DNA of 64,000 nt from Lingula anatina (lineage: Eukaryota; Animalia; Brachiopoda): positions 23,092,934 to 23,156,933 of the forward strand of contig CM120645.1 in assembly GCA_051362555.1 (NCBI GenBank), in the 5' to 3' direction. Under the pieces are notes generated by a model. It had not been told where the DNA came from. It saw only the letters and a program-made list of their open reading frames with translations, and did no database searches. Numbering within the stretch: position 1 is the stretch's first letter; the number at the start of each line of letters is the position of its first letter. Positions 12,901 to 24,944 of the stretch are shown here, one piece after another. Made by a program: the position numbers and the translations under genes.

Positions 12901-15900
12901 GGCTAAAACTATAGGGGCAGGTGAAGAAGGGGTCAAGGACACGGAGGGTGAAGGTCAAGCTGAGGTGAAGGTTGATAAGAAAGGTGATGGAGAAGAAACC
13001 AAGGATGAGGAGGAAGATGAAAAAGAAGATAAGAAAGAAGAGATTTCAGAACTGCTTGATGTTGCATTAGCTTCCCAAGATGTAAAGGTAGAAAAAGAAC
13101 CCAAGGAATCCCTACAGGACCGTATCAAAAGCAAAGCTTCAGAAATCGTTAACACAGTTGAATCTAAAGCTGCTGAACTTTTGAGAACAACAGACAAAGC
13201 CCTGAAAGAGGCCACAGAGCATGCAGATAATAAAACTCCTCTGGACAATATCTCTAAAGACCATTCTTTCAAAGAAATCACAGATGCTACACAAGCTGCT
13301 GCAGAAGGTGCTATAACACATGCCAAAGCCAAAGCAGATGAGATACAAAATGGCGTCACCAGTAAAGTCTCCCATCTGGAAAAATCAACCAAAGATGCAG
13401 TCCATGAAGTATCAGAGCAGGTTGCGGCAGGTGTCGGTGCTCCAGGGGAGAAAGCTGCCACTGCTGCCTCTAGGGTGGTAGAGACAGCTAAAGCAGCCGT
13501 CCATGGTGCTGAAGTCAAAGCTGCAGAGGTAGTAATTGCTGCCGAGACGAAAGCCGCAGAAATCATGGACACTACCAAAAGTGCTTTCTCTGGTGCTGGC
13601 TCTGCCATTGGTCACGGAGTGGAGTCCATTACAGCAGGTGTTTTTCGTTCAAGTCCAAAGAATGAAACTGCAACCTCTCTGAGTTTAAAAGAGGATGCAG
13701 TTACCAAAGAGGAAATTTTGCCAGTTCATGCTGCTCCTGTGGGGACAACCCCTCCCCAGAGTCTCTCACCAACAAAAGCCGTTACAGATGATGATGTTCA
13801 GAAAGCCTTAGACACTCTAATTCATGGCTCACCAACAAGAGAACGTTCACCAGGTGGCGCTTTGTATGAGAGATGGTCACCATCCCCTTCAAGAGAACCA
13901 GTGATATCACCTCTAACATCTGTCCAGGATGAGCCCAATTTGTCACCTCCAGGGGTCGCTACAAACTTACCTCCTGATTCTGGAGAAAGTCTGTCCTTTG
14001 AGCTGCTGTCTCCACCCACCAGCATGGTGTCTCACCAGGGTCAAGGTGAAGGGCAAGGTGAAGGTCAGCAAGAACTGGACTCCAGCATGGGCAGAATGAG
14101 TGGGGATTATCTAGTGCTCGGACAGGACAGTAGAGGGCAGTCCGATGAAGGAAACTCTTCCAGTTCATTTGAGGTTCTTTCTCGTGAAACGGCGAGTGAA
14201 AATCACCAGAGACAAGAGGATGTGCTGGATGTGGAGGCAGAGGAGAAAGAGGAGGCCTCTGGACAGTCAAGTGATGAGAAGGAGGAAGTCACTGTAGGTG
14301 GCAGCAGTGGTGGTGATGGCACAGGAGAAGCTCAAAGCAGTACTGAGGAGAGTATGTCTGATTCCACAGACAGTGTGAAGGCAGCACCTAAGACAGCTGA
14401 AATAGAAAAAAGTGTAAGAATTGATATGCAATTTAATGTTTTAATGCATTTACTAATTCTCTTCACATCTTTGAAATCAAGCTGCAAGTCAGCTTGTTTG
14501 TTTTTGGGCAGATGATTTTCATTTTGTTTCAATAGAATGTAAAATCTTAATGAATATCTCTCTGATGACTACATTTTCAAGTTTTACTGTCCTATTTTAT
14601 GTTGATGTAATACAACAACAGGTAAATTAATTATATGTTCTCCTTAATCTTTTTATATGTTACAAATTTTCAGAAATAACAAAAAAAATTGATGCATTTC
14701 CAGGGTCAGGCCCTTGAAGTTCAGCCTAAGCAAATGGTGGCTGCCAAACTTGTCACAAGAAAACCTGCAACACCACAGAAGGGTGCACCTGAGGCCCAAT
14801 CCCAGAGTACACCAGAAACCCAATCCCAGAGTGCATCAGAAACCAAATCCCAGCCAGTGCATGTCAATCTACGGGAAATGGTGGAGGGAGTTCTGTTCCC
14901 TGGCGATGAAGAGGAAGATGCACCCCCTCCTCCAACCCCAGACGAGATGAGAGCCGCGTTATCAAGTGCCCAGTCTGGTACCTTGACCAAGAGGGATGCA
15001 GAAGTATTGGTGGCGATGCTGTCAAGTCCTAACCAAGAAGAGCTAGAAAGACTGCTCACCACCATCAGCAATTGTGCTGCTTTTACTGTGAATCAAGTGA
15101 GTGCAATGTTGTAGATCTTGCATGTATAAACAGTTTAGAAATGTCATCCAAACATTGTAAAACAAAACCACCATGCACTAGTTAAGTAAATACCTTGAAA
15201 TCTTTTTCACCTTCTTACAAAGTAACAAATATATAGTACCCTCTATGTTTTTATCAAATTCTGCACAATTCCTTGCAAATGTCGTATTATGCAGTGAACA
15301 AAAATACAACTTACCTTAGTTTTTAATTCAGTAATATCCTCTACATGCATTTTTTCTCTTTGTAGAACTTACTGCGAGAGGCAGGGGGTCTGGACAAGGT
15401 GACGGAGCTACTGGAAAAATATGGCCACATGCCAGATGACCAAAGTTCACAGAAAGTGGTCAAGGCAGCTGCTCAGGCCATTGCCAACTTGGCCATGAAC
15501 ACAGAGAACCAGAAACATCTGAAGGTGAGTCAGCAGTTTTGATGTACAGGGAAATGAGTAGATGAATATTACAGGCCTGCATCCGGCAGTTTCAAAGGGG
15601 GTTCTTATTCTTAAAAAAAGAGTGGTTTTTTCCAACCACAAGGGGGGGAGGGGGAGAACCCCCCGAACCCCTTCATGCTTCTGGGCCTGAATAAATGGAG
15701 AAAATGCCAATGTAATAATATGTGACGCACTGAGTAGCAAGGTTTTAATTTACCTTACATGTGGCGGATAACTTGATTAGTCGATTTACCATAAACAAAA
15801 CACTGCTGTTGTCATGGTAATGTATGCATAATTATATAATTACTTTTAACTGTGAAAATTAGGACCATTTACACTGATTAAGTATAAAAAATGAATCAAT

Positions 15901-16835
15901 TGTTTTGTTATTGGTTGAAAATGTTTAATAATCAGAGTCAGTGAATTTTGACTGATTTTTCAAATATTTTTTTTTTCATTTTCAGGGATGCATTCCAAAC
16001 CTGATAGATACTACCCTGTCTGAAGAGAACCCAGAGCCAGTGTATCTGGCCTCCCTCCAAGCCCTTACCAACCTCTCTGTCACAGACCGTTACCATGGTG
16101 ACTACACCAGGCTGATCCAAAAGCTGTATTTACTCCTAGATGGCGCTGGTGAGGCTGTCAAAATGCAGGCACTCAAGGTTCTGGTCAACCTGTCCTGTAA
16201 CGCAGATATGGTGCCACATTTATTAGCAGCCAGGGTGAGTTGAAGCTGGAGGAAACTGTATTTTTGTATAATTTTAAGGGTAAAGTTTAAAATCTTATTG
16301 AATATTTGGCTGAGGTGAAAACGGTGCACTTGATTGTTTGAAATAAAATGGCACCTAACAGAAATTTCCTATAGGGTCCAGTAGGATGCCTTATGGGAAA
16401 TTGGCCGAAATTTATATAGGATCATATAGGACACGTCACAGATAGGAATCCTGTATAACATGATAATTCAACATGTTTTAGTTAATCATTCTGACAGTAG
16501 GCAATAAATAGATTTGTATGCATTTGAATTTCTTACAGGCCCCAAAAGGGGTACTCAGCATGCTATCATCCAGTGAGTCAGAGGATGTCCAGCTCAGGTG
16601 GACCACACTGCTGGCCAACATCATGTCCACTGTGTCCGAGTTGGGACTGACCATTAAGGATCTCCCGATGACCTCCAAGGCACCGTCCCCCGAGACCCTC
16701 TACGCGGCTGTGTATGGGGTGCAGAGCGAGATGGCATTGAAGAGCAAGGTGTTTGTGCTGTGTAGACATAAGAATGAAGATCTCGCTCAGCAAGCCACCA
16801 GGCTCTATGGATGTTTCTCTGTTAAGTCTACTTAA
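9944..16835 (+). CDS. ARMC10: ARMC10/ARMCX-family armadillo protein with N-terminal transmembrane anchor and a long low-complexity insert, about 1003 aa
   Basis: Exons 9944-10073, 10810-10920, 12741-14413, 14704-15096, 15366-15524, 15986-16234 and 16539-16835; GT-AG, phases 1,1,0,0,0,0; 3012 nt. N-terminal AAGIVVLVAGLVFVGYRI plus basic run (signal anchor). C-terminal Arm_2 motifs ISNCAAFTVNQNLLREAGGL, AIANLAMNTENQ, LQALTNLSVT, QALKVLVNLSCN. Confidence 0.85.
15572..15689. mobile_element. Short degenerate CAGG...CCTG MITE in an ARMC10 intron
   Basis: Termini CAGGCCTGCATCC ... GCTTCTGGGCCTG with G/C-run interior resembling 3660-4151. Confidence 0.4.
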
Positions 16836-19800
16836 TAACTTTTACTTTAAGGGAATGGTTGCAGTGTAACTGCTCTAACAGAGGTCAGAGGAATAACGCC
16901 GTCTTCTCTAAATGCTATATCATTTATATAATATAAGCATATGCTTGTATTAACTATATGACTGGAAGGATCACATGGACATTGGGGCATACGCTGTGTA
17001 GAGACACATCAGAGGCAGATCTTTATCTTCCTAAGTAGCCAAGATAAGAATTTTGCCACTAAGACTAACAGTCTGTAAAATTTCAATCAAACAAATTGTG
17101 GGTATATTGTCTGGAAGTGCTAGAGGATTCGTAATCCGCCTCTGAAAATCAAGTGGGACTATGGTGCTTACTGCTCCCTGGAAAGGAACTAGTCACTTTG
17201 ATAATACATTTTATTATGTTTTGTTATTTATGAAAAGATTCAATGCAATTGGAGAAGGTACAACATGTTGAAGATGGGTGGAATGTGAAATAATCTAATA
17301 CTAGAACCAAAAAAAGAGGAAAAAAAGACCTAATCTGAGAGTAGTGTCAGTGGAAGAAATATTCTAGACTTAAGAAAAACCTCGAACATGGTCACATTTA
17401 TTATAGCACATAACTCCAGAAACACAAATGTCGAAATGTTGATATTGTATATACTACTAGTTCATCAGTTTAAATGTTAAAAATTTCTCTCATACTTTGA
17501 ATGTTATTTGAGTATAGGTGAAACTGAAGTGCAACTCCCTGTAACCAAGTGTTGGGCTTTAGTAAATAAAAAAAAGGTGCCTTGTGTCTTTAGAAAGATC
17601 CCAGTGTGTGTTGAGCAAAATACTTTGGACATTTTTACCTTTGATACGGTACCTTTAAAATGTCTAGAACACTTTTATGGTCTTCCTTCACCTTGATTGC
17701 CTCTAGATTTGTCATTTTGTCATGTCCTGCATACGTATCCCCATAGTACTTTGTGCAATTGTAACTTTGATATTTGAGTCTTTCACACTGCAATTTTCCC
17801 CAGAAACGGTGCATAATACAATGTTTGTGGTGCATTAGTTCCCGCAGTAATTTGTGGCTGAAGTCATGAGGTGCCCTTGATTCTGTGAGAACCTGCTGTT
17901 AAAAGAGTGTTGTTTATGTAAATTGATATTTTTTTGTTAACTATTTGTAGCTTTTAGTGGACCTGTACTCTTGTGGCCAAAACATGGACATCACAAAAGT
18001 CAAGATAAATGTTACTGTTATTTAACTAGATTAAATCTTGCTGAAATAATCTTAACTCTTCCATCCATGTTAGTTATTCGAAGTTTATACTTTAATAAAC
18101 CTGAATAAGGAGTACTTTTAGCATTGTTGAATATAAGGAAATGTTATAGCATGCAAACATGTGTATATATAGACTACTAGGGTTGCCAGTTTGGTGTACT
18201 TTTGACAGATTTCCTTGTGTTAAGACTCCTGTCTGTATTAAGTACATAACAATTATTAATTAATTAAAGTGATAATAACTCTTCGTTTCGGCCAAAAAAT
18301 GAATTTTCCTGGAGTAAACAACAATTTTCCCATACTTACCAATGGTTAATGAATCCATTTTTACATTCAAAGTTAGTCCCTGGTTTTTTTCTAAAAAGTT
18401 TGGTTTTTTGTTAAAATCTCTTAAGAGATTATAGCAAGTATAGCCATCAATGGAGGTCACGTGGTCTGAAGACAAGCTCAGATATCAGAATAATAGCTAT
18501 AACTGCCGTTTTTGTGGTAAAACAGAATATATTATATTTCTATGAGTTATTCACAATGTTTTTATTGTGAAATAAAGATCTCATACGAAGAGTTATTATC
18601 CCTTTAATATCAAGACTGGAATACATTCTTATAGCTGCATATCTGTTGATGATATTACGTTATGGACTGAAATAAGTGATCTTCACATGCTGATGGCTGA
18701 TGAACTGGCAGCCCTGGTAAGTAGTTGTCATTATCACAAGGAATGAAGTTTGATGTGTGCTGGCAGGGGGAGCCTCTAGCTTACTACTACTACTACTGTA
18801 CTTTATACCCTGGGTATCAGAGATAGCTGGAAACAGCAGAGTGATGCTGAAAATAAAATTGGATTTCCGCTTATCTCAGAAACTTGGTGTAATACTTTGC
18901 AACACTTGTGCCAAATAAACATTTTCTTCTCTGGTTAGATTGTCAAGGTTTGATTACTCCGTATGCTTGTCTTTTCCCAGCATAATGCGATGGTACTGTG
19001 GACCCTGCCCCACCGCTCCAAATTTCTATTTAATCAATCTGTTAGGAGCTTAAGCACCTCCAAAATGCTAATAAAATGGAGCTGTAACGTTGTTGGAGAA
19101 TTTTCATGAATAAAATTGATTTTAAAACTGGTAAATTGAATGGGTGTCATCACATGTAAACCTCACCTGCATTAACTAACACAGCAAGGTGGACAGCAGA
19201 GTAATCACATCAAAATGGCGGTAGGGTAGGGTATTTTTTATGCTAACATGCCATATTTTTACAAAAGTGGCAACTTTCTAAGATTAGGTAACTAGTTGCT
19301 CTTATTCAACCTTTAGAAAAGAAAGCGAAATATTATAAACATCTGTAATATGCTGAATTTAGACCTTGGAAATTGGAGACAAAAGTGTGTTAAAGTAATA
19401 CTTAATGTGTTCAATTCAGGGCATGGTGCGGCGAGCAAACACCTTGTTCTCCTCCTGCCTAAAATTCCTCATGCCTTGTGTGCGCTGCGAGAAAAACAGC
19501 TACGAGACTGATGCGGACTCGAAACCTCACCAACCTCAGTGTTACACCTGTACCATTACTCTGAACTCATCGATCCCCGAAACAAAGGGATTTTAAGACA
19601 AAAAATAGAAAAAAATTACTAACATGCATGTTTTTTTTTTTTTTTTTTTTTTTTTCTTTTTGAAAAATTGTAATTTTTATTCATATTATGCCCTTGCTTT
19701 GTAAAAACTCTATGGTAAATACTTGTAATCTCCAACTTTGATATTAAAGAAAGCCCTATAATCAGCTTGTCTATTAGACCTAAATTTAAGGATAAGTCCT

Positions 19801-20761
19801 CTTTGTAATTATGTTGCAAATTTTACAATTGATTAACAATTAATGTTTTTACTTTTACTTAACATCTCAAAGGGATAGGAATTATGAGAAATGCGGGCAG
19901 CAAAAAAAAAAAAAAAAAAAAAAACACTGAATATTGAGTAATTACATTATAAGAACTGTACCTATTGAAATAAATGCTTAAGTCTTTTAAATCATGGATC
20001 ATTGTCTCTGATACAAATTTTCCAGCTTTATAAAACAAAAACAACTGAACCATCCACCAATTCTCTTCAATTAACTCTCATTCCCTACATTCTCACTCCT
20101 TAGCCAGCTTTTACCTTTCCCCTCTGCCTCAACATTCCTCTCATAATTTCCTTAAAGTTCATGCCTGTAACTCTTTCTACATTTCAATAACAAGATATTA
20201 TGCCAACTGCTGTATGCCTCACAATACCCCCCCCTACCCCCTACCCCCCCCCCCCCCCCCCCACCACCACATCCCCACCCCACACAGAATGGACTACTTT
20301 TTCTAGGAGGTGTGTTGATAAGAAAGTAATAATAATAATAATAACAGTTCGATCAATTGTTCAAACTAATTAATTGTTATTCCAAACCTGTGTGACGAAA
20401 ACAGGAAGAAAACTATATGTTGTAAAAAAAAAATAGAAAAATACCTTTCACACTAATTATTTTTTACTCCCTGTTCTTACAGAACATTGGTCCATTATTT
20501 CACCCCTTCTGGTGCATTATTATTATTTTTATTAGTTCGTGCAACAGACGTATTCCATATTTCTCTCCATCTTCCGTTAATCATTGTGGTATTATGGCTT
20601 GTAAACCCTCACATTTGCTGTTCAAAATACCAAAGACTACTTGTTATATCATATATATATATCCACCTTGCGTCGGCTGTCGTAAACCTCAATGGCGCTC
20701 GTGATTGGGAGGATGAAACTGGATCATGCAGCAAATAAAAAAAAAGGAAAGGAAAGGAAAA

Positions 20762-21130
20762 GCAATAGAGACTGACGCCTCTGCCAAGTCAAATAATGAA
20801 TTTTTAATTAACCATTTCTTAATAAATTAATTAATCATTACCAAAATCTAGCCATTCTTTCCTTGGCCCATTTGTGGCTTATCCTGCACATTTCATTAAA
20901 ATCAGTACATAATTTTGATTAAAATTTCTTAGTTAACTACTTAAGAAGGCCTACTTAATTAATGAAAGGATCGTTGACAAAATCTTATCCTTTCCTTCTT
21001 TTTCTGTTTCTGACATATCCTCAAAATTTCATAAAATTGGCCCATTTAATTTCATTGATGAATTGATCTTCACCAAAATTTAATCATTTCTTACTTGGGC
21101 CATTTGTGAACTATCATGAAAATAAAAGAC
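20762..21130. repeat. Degenerate internal repeats (CAAAATCTA...CC...ATTTCAT.AAAAT), Helentron/HINE-like relic
   Basis: Three diverged copies near 20841, 20978 and 21073; the class assignment is inference from similar molluscan non-autonomous elements. Confidence 0.35.
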
Positions 21131-21252
21131 GTGATTTGCATTTTGCAATCAGTTATTTTGTAAATCACACATATGGTTTGATTTTAGTTAATTTTTAAGT
21201 TTTTAAAAGGTATTTTTAAACTTAGCAAAATTATCAAGGGACAACGCATGTA

Positions 21253-21999
21253 GGGGAGACCGGGGCTAGTTGGCCCAGCTAGACACTTTTGGCCTTGTAG
21301 AGCCAACTAGAAATGGGTTAGAGTAACAAAACCGGTTTCAAAGTAAGCCCCATGTACTAAGCTACTTATGCAACGTCATTATTTTTCAAATATAATCCCA
21401 GGTGGCTCACAATTTGACAAAAAACGCAGTTGACGTCAGGGGGGCCAACTTGCCCCGCCATTTAAAACGAAAATTTATTATTCGTTTTCATTCATTAAGA
21501 ACCTACTTTTATACTATTATTAATTTATTCTTAATTAAAACAAAACAAATTTTATTGATGGATATTTTGGTTCTTGCAACACATACCCCCCCCCCCCCCA
21601 ACAACGTGACGTACGGAAACCTCAATAAATCTGCCTCATTTGAACTATTTATTCATCAAAGACTCTCAGAAATCAATTTAATGAATTATAAATTTATAAA
21701 AATGTATTTCAAGGCGTTTACATGGGATATATTCTTCATTTTCGTATAGGGGGGCCAACTTGCCCCGACCCTGGGGCCAACTTGCCCCATGGCGGGGCAA
21801 GTTGGCCCCCCTGACGTCAACTGCGTTTTTTTTGTCAAATTGTGAGCCACCTGGGATTATATTTGAAAAATAATGACGTTGCATAAGTAGCTTAGTTCAT
21901 GGGGCTTACTTTGAAACCGGTTTTGTTACTCTAACCCATTTCTAGTTGGCTCTACAAGGCCAAAAGTGTCTAGCTGGGCCAACTAGCCCCGGTCTCCCC
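21253..21999. mobile_element. Young MITE / non-autonomous DNA transposon with about 210-bp TIRs and TA TSD (Tc1/mariner-pogo-like)
   Basis: 21253-21461 is the near-perfect reverse complement of 21789-21999 (GGGGAGACCGGGGCTAGTTGGCCC...); TA on both sides; internal GGGGCCAACTTGCCCC subrepeats; no transposase ORF. Confidence 0.9.
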
Positions 22000-22009
22000 T
22001 ATAACGTTG

Positions 22010-22393
22010 ATATATTCCCTGCTTTAATTACAGGGAATCCAGAAATTCCGATTTTACAATCGGGATGACGTCGCTCTATTTTTAAAATTTAAAGTTTATG
22101 AAACATAAAGTGCTTGTACTTAATTCAGGCATTCAAAAGAGAATATTTAGAGATTATGGAAGGCAACAAAATTTATATTTTGAATTAACGGTCAGGTTTA
22201 TTAATCAATCTGTTTTATAAATGGTTATTATTTATTTTGATTAACCAAAATTTTATAATTTCTCACTTAGGTCATCTGTGATCTATCAAGAGGACATTTG
22301 CATTTTGCAATCACAACACATTTTGCAACCAGTTTTTTTGTGAGTCACAGAAATTTTTTTTCGGTTTATTTTTTAAAAATAATTTTAAACAGG

Positions 22394-22426
<33 letters not shown>

Positions 22427-22905
22427 AAAAAGGACATACATATGAAATATTTTTTGAACGGAGACTGTAATTGTCTGTATATATTCTGATCGGTCTATCA
22501 GTCCGTGTCATCGCAGTCTGACACATTACGTTCGCCCCATATCTTGCAGACCGTACTTTTGGTTTTCTTTGAAGTTAATAATAGGACAAGTAAACATGGA
22601 CCCCTACAATGATTATATATTCCCTGCTGTGAATACATGGACAAGTGGACATGGGCCCCCACAATGATTACATGTTCCCTGCTGTAATTATGGCAGGGTA
22701 TCCAAAAACTAAATCTTACAGTCGGAATGACGTCAATCTATTGGAGAAATTTAAAGTTTATGAAATGTAAAGAGCTTGTACTTAATTCAGGTATTCAAAA
22801 GAGAATATTTAGAGATAAAGGTAGGCAACAATACTCTATTTAAACATTAATGGTCAGGTGAATTAATCAACCTATTTTATAAGTAATCATGTTTTATTTT
22901 GATTT
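22010..22905. repeat. Diverged direct duplication of about 240 bp (about 22010-22245 and 22670-22905)
   Basis: Shared blocks such as AAATTTAAAGTTTATGAAA and GCTTGTACTTAATTCAGG.ATTCAAAAGAGAATATTTAGAGAT; TTCCCTGCT subrepeats at 22015, 22620 and 22675. Confidence 0.8.
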
Positions 22906-23198
22906 TAATTAAATTTTTAATTACAATTATTATACTACAAAAATGAGAAAAATAAGTCTAATCTTGGATCTCACTTTGAAATGACGATCACAGCGTTTCG
23001 ACCTTATCACAAGGTCTTTTCTTCCGGTGATTTGAAGTTGTCACTGATGTCAACGTTAGATCTGTAGGTACAAATGAATATAGTAATTCTGTTAACATTA
23101 GACATTTAGAATAAGTCTAATTACTAAAATGCTATTTTTTATCTATTCCGTATGAACAGCTGTAATATAAGGCTATAATTAGCTAAGTTGCTTCGTAA

Positions 23199-23269
23199 GC
23201 ATCGGTGGTTCAGTGGTAGAATGCTCGCCTGCCACGCGGGCGGCCCGGGTTCGATTCCCGGCCGATGCA
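23199..23269 (+). tRNA. trnG-GCC: tRNA-Gly(GCC)
   Basis: GCATCGGTGGTTCAGTGGTAGAATGCTCGCCTGCCACGCGGGCGGCCCGGGTTCGATTCCCGGCCGATGCA; 71 nt, cloverleaf, GCC anticodon, A/B boxes, T7 Pol III terminator at 23274-23280. Confidence 0.98.
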
Positions 23270-24944
23270 TTGATTTTTTTCCCTTCTTTCTGTTATGTTA
23301 GGAAAACGGAGGCGAGCAACTAGTACTTTGCATTTATAGTAAATAACTGATTTTTTTGACATGTTATGATGTTTAGGAGCACTACAACTAAGTATAAATG
23401 CTGATCGATTAAAAGGCAGGAAATTGACAAATCAACAGAGGCCTTGCTGACATTTCGACCCAGTTAGGAGAAGTGCCCGGATATCGAGTCGTTGGAAACT
23501 TGAAAGTTGACAGGTAAGTTATTTATCTCACATTTGAACAACATAGACCTAAATATCTCGTGTTTTCTGGTGAAGTCGATCTCATGTTTAAACTGATTAT
23601 TTAGAGCATTTTGTGAATAAAATGTGAGACGTCAGTTTAAACTCAATGCAGTGCCTAATTGGAGGGTCTAATCGTAATTGGGGATTTAATTATACTGCTA
23701 CTACTAGTACTAGTACTGCGTGCGGTACTGCAAGACTAGGCAAGTGTTTGTATGTAGATAAGACAAAATATATCACGGTCGACACATTATAGTAGCGTCT
23801 TATGTGATCTAGATCCATACAGTTCATTTTAAAGAGCTAATTAAAGCTTTTATCGCCGTGCAAAAGCCTGAAGTTTAAGCTGCTTTTAAGTAGGCTACGT
23901 CCTTGCATTTTTTTTTTTTGCAAAGTTACTACATTTTGACACGGAAGTAGGACTTGAGCAGTTGAGATGAAACCTGCTGGGAAACTGATTGGTTGGAGTA
24001 ACAGTACTTTTTTTAAACAGCTAACGTTTAACTTGATCAATTTGATTTGATTTGATTCTGCATGATTATCATATTTAACAATAATCTTTATTGGTTCCAA
24101 GTACAGTTTATACAGGCTATGACTAAACAGTTGCATTAATAGATTACTGTAGTAATGATTTAAAAGTCATTATTACATGTATATCTATAATCTTTCACCT
24201 TCAATCCCCCCTTATTATAATTGTTCTATGTATGCTAAATTTACAACACAAAAGCACAGCTAACTAAATATTTCTGATAATAAGAGGAAATGAAGTTACA
24301 TGATATCAGAGAATTCCCACGTGTGAACATTAATTGAAACTACTTTGAATTCATCCCAGTGATGCTCCCACACAAAGGGTGTAAAATATTTATAAAATAA
24401 CAGTTTGTTTTGAGCAGGATAAGATCTATATTGATTTCAGGAAACCACATCAATGGCTGACCCTTCAGAGCCAGGAGAAATCAATAAAATATAGAGCATT
24501 TACTGGTACCTGCACATCCATATTGCTGGATGGGCCTGTCCACTCTACACTTTTAACTTGATACATGTACTATAGTAGCTTGCAGAGAAAAACTATTGTC
24601 TAAGTTAAATATATATTACACATGTGCCACGAGTAGAGATCTGTTACAAATTAATTAGACTTTCCAGTTTAGGAAACACTCTCAAAGTGACTTGGTGCCA
24701 TTTGTATTATAGAAACAGATCATTGCAACTTTGAAATTCTTTATGACTTCTAGCATGATGCTAATTTCATGTTATTAGTAAACTTAGTTATAACTTATTT
24801 GCGTATTAAATGTACTAGTACTATTAGAAGTCCTTGTCTTATAAGAGTGGAGTTATACAAGTATCTTATAAGAGACTGAAATTGCAATAATATGTTTAAT
24901 CAAATTATTATCATTATTTCAGTGGCTTCCACTCCACTGCCAGT

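Noticed and set aside
12955-13608. 217-aa minus-strand ORF and other antisense ORFs over the ARMC10 and PDZ large exons
   Set aside because: Shadow frames of real coding exons; no splice signals or recognisable domains.
19859-20200. Possible LINE reverse-transcriptase tail on the minus strand
   Set aside because: Too degenerate to assign without a profile search.
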